DNA of 9,019 nucleotides from a virus (Duplodnaviria; Heunggongvirae; Uroviricota; Caudoviricetes): IMG/VR virus record IMGVR_UViG_2657245439_000015; one strand, 5' to 3'. Shown piece by piece: positions 5,737 to 9,019 of this stretch (position 1 is its first letter; each line of letters starts with the position of its first letter). The notes under the pieces were generated by a model. It saw only the letters and a program-made list of their open reading frames with translations, ran no database searches and was not told where the DNA came from. The position numbers and the translations under genes were made by a program.

Positions 5737-8070
5737 ATGAAAATGAACGTAACCGCCACCGTCAGCCATGCGCTCGGCCACTGGCCGCGTATTCTCCCGG
5801 CGCTGGGGATTCAGGTGCTGAAGAACCGTCATCAGCCCTGTCCGGTCTGTGGCGGGAGTGACCGCTTCCGTTTTGATGACAGGGAGGGGCGCGGCACCTG
5901 GTACTGCAATCAGTGTGGTGCCGGTGACGGCCTGAAACTGGTTGAAAAGGTGTTTGGTGTTTCCCCGTCCGACGCGGCCGCAAAGGTGGCTGCCGTGACC
6001 GGCAGCCTGCCACCGGCTGACCCGGCAGTGACAACCGCCGCCGTTGCTGAAACAGACGCTGCCCGGAAGAACGCCGCCGCACTGGCACAAACCCTGATGG
6101 CGAAAACCCGTCCCGGAACCGGTAACGCCTACCTGACCCGCAAGGGCTTTCCCGGCCGGGAATGCCGGATGCTGACCGGCACACACAGAGCCGGTGGCGT
6201 GAGCTGGTGCGCCGGTGACCTTGTGGTGCCACTGTATGACGACAGCGGCGAACTGGTTAACCTTCAGTTAATCAGTGCTGACGGCCGTAAGCGCACCCTG
6301 AAAGGCGGACAGGTCAGGGGCACCTGTCACACCCTTGAAGGACAGAATCAGGCCGGAAAACGTCTGTGGATAGCGGAGGGATACGCGACCGCACTTACCG
6401 TGCATCACCTGACCGGTGAAACGGTGATGGTGGCGCTTTCTTCCGTGAACCTCCTTTCTCTGGCCAGCCTTGCCCGGCAGAAGCATCCGGCCTGTCAGAT
6501 TGTCCTTGCTGCTGACCGTGACCTCAGCGGTGACGGCCAGAAAAAAGCCGCCGCAGCCGCAGATGCGTGTGAAGGTGTTGTTGCCCTGCCGCCGGTCTTC
6601 GGTGACTGGAATGATGCCTTCACGCAGTACGGCGGGGGGGCCACCCGTAAGGCCATTTATGATGCCATCCGGCCACCGGCTGAAAGCCCGTTCGACACCA
6701 TGAGCGAAGCGGAGTTTTCCGCCATGAGTACCAGCGAAAAGGCCATGCGTATCTATGAGCATTACGGCGAGGCGCTCGCGGTCGATGCCAACGGCCAGCT
6801 TCTGTCCCGCTATGAAAATGGTGTCTGGAAGGTGCTGCCGCCACAGGACTTTGCCCGGGATGTGGCCGGGCTGTTTCAGCGTCTGCGCGCGCCGTTCTCC
6901 TCCGGGAAGGTGGCCTCCGTGGTGGACACCCTGAAGCTGATTATTCCGCAGCAGGAAGCCCCCTCCCGCCGCCTGATTGGCTTTCGTAACGGCGTGCTCG
7001 ACACGCAGAACGGCACGTTCCACCCGCACAGTCCGTCACACTGGATGCGCACCCTGTGCGATGTGGATTTCACCCCGCCGGTGGACGGTGAAACGCTGGA
7101 GACCCACGCCCCCGCGTTCTGGCGCTGGCTTGACCGTGCCGCCGGTGGCCGTGCGGAAAAACGCGACGTGATTCTGGCCGCACTGTTTATGGTGCTGGCA
7201 AACCGCTACGACTGGCAGCTCTTTCTGGAGGTGACCGGTCCCGGCGGCAGCGGCAAAAGTATCATGGCCGAAATAGCCACCCTGCTGGCCGGTGAGGATA
7301 ACGCCACGTCGGCCACCATTGAGACGCTGGAATCCCCGCGTGAACGTGCCGCGTTAACTGGCTTCTCACTGATACGCCTGCCGGACCAGGAAAAATGGAG
7401 CGGCGACGGAGCCGGACTCAAGGCCATCACCGGCGGCGATGCGGTGTCCGTTGACCCGAAATACCGGGATGCGTACTCCACGCACATCCCGGCGGTGATT
7501 CTGGCCGTGAACAATAACCCGATGCGCTTCACCGACCGCAGCGGCGGCGTGTCACGCCGGCGGGTGATTATTCACTTCCCGGAACAGATAGCCCCGCAGG
7601 AGCGCGACCCGCAGCTTAAGGACAAAATCACCCGCGAGCTGGCGGTCATCGTGCGTCACCTGATGCAGAAGTTCAGCGACCCGATGCTCGCCCGGTCACT
7701 GCTTCAGTCCCAGCAGAACTCAGACGAGGCACTGAACATCAAACGGGATGCCGACCCGACGTTTGATTTTATCGGCTATCTGGAAACCCTGCCGCAGACC
7801 AGCGGCATGTATATGGGGAACGCCAGTATCATCCCGCGTAATTACCGTAAATACCTCTATCACGCCTATCTGGCCTACATGGAGGCAAACGGCTACCGGA
7901 ATGTACTCAGTCTGAAAATGTTCGGGCTGGGGCTGCCGGTGATGCTGAAGGAATACGGGCTGAATTACGAGAAGCGCCATACCAAACAGGGGATACAGAC
8001 CAACCTGACGCTGAAAGAGGAAAGCTACGGCGACTGGCTGCCAAAATGTGACGACCCTGCAACAACCTGA
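5737..8070 (+). CDS. alpha: Alpha protein: P4-type bifunctional DNA primase-helicase with C-terminal origin-binding region, 777 aa
   Basis: ATG at 5737 preceded by GAAGGAGAA. N-terminal zinc-binding motif CPVCGGSDRFRF...WYCNQCG; primase-type acidic motifs (WIAEGYATA, LAADRDLSGDGQ); Walker A GPGGSGKS (7237-7260); C-terminal domain. Length 777 aa equals that recalled for P4 alpha. The iterons it would bind are present at 3294-3397 and 8121-8418. Confidence 0.9.
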   Translation: MKMNVTATVSHALGHWPRILPALGIQVLKNRHQPCPVCGGSDRFRFDDREGRGTWYCNQCGAGDGLKLVEKVFGVSPSDAAAKVAAVTGSLPPADPAVTTAAVAETDAARKNAAALAQTLMAKTRPGTGNAYLTRKGFPGRECRMLTGTHRAGGVSWCAGDLVVPLYDDSGELVNLQLISADGRKRTLKGGQVRGTCHTLEGQNQAGKRLWIAEGYATALTVHHLTGETVMVALSSVNLLSLASLARQKHPACQIVLAADRDLSGDGQKKAAAAADACEGVVALPPVFGDWNDAFTQYGGGATRKAIYDAIRPPAESPFDTMSEAEFSAMSTSEKAMRIYEHYGEALAVDANGQLLSRYENGVWKVLPPQDFARDVAGLFQRLRAPFSSGKVASVVDTLKLIIPQQEAPSRRLIGFRNGVLDTQNGTFHPHSPSHWMRTLCDVDFTPPVDGETLETHAPAFWRWLDRAAGGRAEKRDVILAALFMVLANRYDWQLFLEVTGPGGSGKSIMAEIATLLAGEDNATSATIETLESPRERAALTGFSLIRLPDQEKWSGDGAGLKAITGGDAVSVDPKYRDAYSTHIPAVILAVNNNPMRFTDRSGGVSRRRVIIHFPEQIAPQERDPQLKDKITRELAVIVRHLMQKFSDPMLARSLLQSQQNSDEALNIKRDADPTFDFIGYLETLPQTSGMYMGNASIIPRNYRKYLYHAYLAYMEANGYRNVLSLKMFGLGLPVMLKEYGLNYEKRHTKQGIQTNLTLKEESYGDWLPKCDDPATT

Positions 8071-8120
8071 CCCACCTGACCGGCATCTGCCGGTCTTTTT
8101 TTTATCCCGACCTCCCCCGA

Positions 8121-8240
8121 AGGTGAACAATCCACTGTTCACCCTTCACCGTATATTCACCCGTTATCACACTGAAATTAAAAGAGAAAAACGAAAGGTG
8201 AACAGTGTGAACAATCAAATCAAAAAAAACTTTTTTCTTC
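8121..8240. repeat. crr-like direct repeat, copy 1 (~120 bp) with TGTTCACC/GGTGAACA iterons and an A8/T6 tract
   Basis: GGTGAACA at 8122-8129 and 8198-8205, TGTTCACC at ~8136-8143, GTGTGAACA at ~8206-8214, then AAAAAAAACTTTTTT. Copy 2 follows 180 bp downstream with close identity. Confidence 0.7.
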
Positions 8241-8300
8241 CTGAGTGATTTCAGTGCGGAGGATTAATCACCGGTATGAGTCACACCGGCAGAATGCCGG

Positions 8301-8418
8301 AGGTGAAGAATCGAATGTTCACCCTTCACCCATTATTCACCACCTATCATACTGAAATAAAAGGAGAAAAAAGAAAGGTGAACAGTGTGAACAGTTCTTT
8401 CGAAAAAAAATTTTTTCC
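8301..8418. repeat. crr-like direct repeat, copy 2 (~120 bp)
   Basis: The same architecture as copy 1 (ATGTTCACCCTTCACC... ACTGAAAT.AAAAG.AGAAAAA.GAAAGGTGAACAGTGTGAACA ... A/T tract) with a few substitutions. Two ~120-bp repeats separated by ~60 bp is the organisation recalled for the P4 cis replication region. Confidence 0.7.
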
Positions 8419-8608
8419 TGTACGATATAGCATCAATCCAAGTAAAAATGCGCTTTCATTTCACATTAACTTACAGCCATTGGTATACGATTAGGTATAC
8501 GCACAAAAACTGAATTAAACAAAATCATTAAAAATCAAAGCAATACAATATTTATTCAAACTCCGCCAGCCCAAATATTGATGTACTGAAGTTCAGTAAA
8601 GTCTACTA

Positions 8609-8642
8609 AGCCCGCATAGCACAAGCTCTGCGGGCTTTTTTA
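8609..8642 (+). terminator. Rho-independent terminator-like hairpin (AAGCCCGCA ... TGCGGGCTT followed by T6)
   Basis: 9-bp stem (8608-8616 / 8628-8636) with a 12-nt loop and a TTTTTT run, between the crr-like repeats and the integrase start. Confidence 0.5.
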
Positions 8643-8737
8643 CGTCCATTGTCGTCTAGTGAGAATTGCTGAGAACCACGAGTTATGGCACCCTGAATGG
8701 GACCCAAGACAAAGGGTCCAAAATCGAGGGTCCCAAA

Positions 8738-8859
8738 ATGGCAAAGATTGCGAAGAAACTCACCGACACTGAAATCAAAAACACCAAGCCAGCAGACAAA
8801 GAAATCAACTTGTTTGACGGGGATGGCTTGATTCTACGAATCTCTCCCCTCTCAACAGG
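8738..8859 (+). pseudogene. int: 5' fragment (~40 codons) of a P4-type tyrosine integrase, interrupted by an inserted element
   Basis: ATG at 8738; MAKIAKKLTDTEIKNTKPADKEINLFDGDGLILRISP is the characteristic N-terminus of P4-family integrases. After ~codon 40 the reading frame enters a 19-bp transposon-type terminal repeat and the translation stops resembling an integrase (stop at 9004). Confidence 0.6.
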
Positions 8860-9019
8860 CTGTCTCTTATACACAAGTCCCCGAATCCGGGGATTTGTTA
8901 TTTCAGCCAAACTGCTTTCAATTGTTGCGTGTGGCTACGCTTTCCATTCGGTAATTCCCTTCATGCCCAGCAGTGATTTTTTGAACTTTTTCTTCACCCG
9001 TTGATCTTCTCTTATATTT
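8860..9019 (+). mobile_element. Left end of an inserted element with a Tn5/IS50-family-like 19-bp terminal inverted repeat (8860-8878); interior continues past the window end
   Basis: CTGTCTCTTATACACAAGT matches the Tn5 outside end (CTGACTCTTATACACAAGT, from memory) at 18 of 19 positions and is oriented with the element interior to the right. A short hairpin CCCCG-AATC-CGGGG follows (8879-8892). The following interior does not match what I recall of IS50, so the exact element is unidentified. A minus-strand ORF entering from beyond 9019 ends at 8918-8920. Confidence 0.4.

Noticed and set aside
5505-7532. Minus-strand track ORFs inside the cnr-like and alpha genes (5505..5759, 5695..6186, 5762..6232, 6268..7029, 6620..6844, 6876..7073, 7206..7532) and plus-strand 6470..6703 and 6977..7171
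   Set aside because: Shadow ORFs of the 777-aa alpha gene in high-GC sequence; the alpha frame carries clear primase and Walker A motifs, whereas these have Arg/Gly/Pro-rich low-complexity translations.
8121-8418. Possible CRISPR array
   Set aside because: Only two long (~120 bp) repeat units with iteron content and no short repeat-spacer periodicity; this fits a replication enhancer, not CRISPR.
8048-8494. Track ORFs 8048..8248 and 8276..8494 with near-identical peptides (FTLHRIFTRYHTEIKREKRKVNSVNNQ / FTLHPLFTTYHTEIKGEKRKVNSVNS)
   Set aside because: The similarity comes from translating the two crr-like DNA repeats; the region is iteron DNA, not a duplicated gene.
8430-8737. tRNA gene or tRNA 3'-end att core between the crr-like repeats and int
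   Set aside because: I could not see a T-arm/acceptor-like sequence (GGTTCGA.TCC...CCA) by eye; this needs tRNAscan or alignment to the host tRNA and is left unresolved.
8860-8878. Sequencing-adapter (Nextera mosaic end) contamination
   Set aside because: The 19-mer ends ...CACAAGT rather than ...CACATCT, and it is followed by ~140 nt of non-adapter sequence, so it looks like a transposon outside end. An engineered transposon cannot be excluded.
8666-9004. Track ORFs 8666..9004 (+) and 8683..8910 (-) as intact genes
   Set aside because: The plus ORF is the integrase N-terminus (real start ATG 8738) fused in frame to transposon-end sequence; the minus ORF is antisense across the junction.

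Overview
Almost the whole window is a P4-type satellite phage (phage-plasmid) in near-complete form, identified from sequence and recalled family knowledge only; no searches were run. Left to right: (i) a sharply lower-GC segment (1-~1000) holding a long lysine-rich ORF on the minus strand (715->1) that runs off the window; it is absent from the supplied ORF track because it has no stop in the window. (ii) A P2/P4-type cos cohesive-end sequence (1064-1082). (iii) The late operon sid-delta-psu on the minus strand (3124->1247). (iv) Divergent Ogr/Delta-type late promoters (TGT-N12-ACA dyads) flanking six TGTTCACC iterons (ori1-like, 3294-3397). (v) The plus-strand left operon: vis/AlpA (88 aa), a sigma70-like promoter followed by a structured, probably untranslated leader resembling the P4 RNA-immunity region, a kil/Icd-like ORF (65 aa), ORFs of 95, 151 and 106 codons, and the 777-aa alpha primase-helicase. 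(vi) Two ~120-bp direct repeats with 180-bp periodicity carrying the same iterons (crr-like, 8121-8418). (vii) The first ~40 codons of a P4-type integrase, cut by a Tn5/IS50-family-like 19-bp terminal repeat (8860-8878). The most interesting item is the partial low-GC cargo gene next to cos, in the position where P4-like satellites carry variable, often anti-phage, genes; its function cannot be assigned from the fragment. Also notable are the disrupted integrase and the contiguous cos plus crr-att-int arrangement, which is not what a simple integrated prophage should look like.
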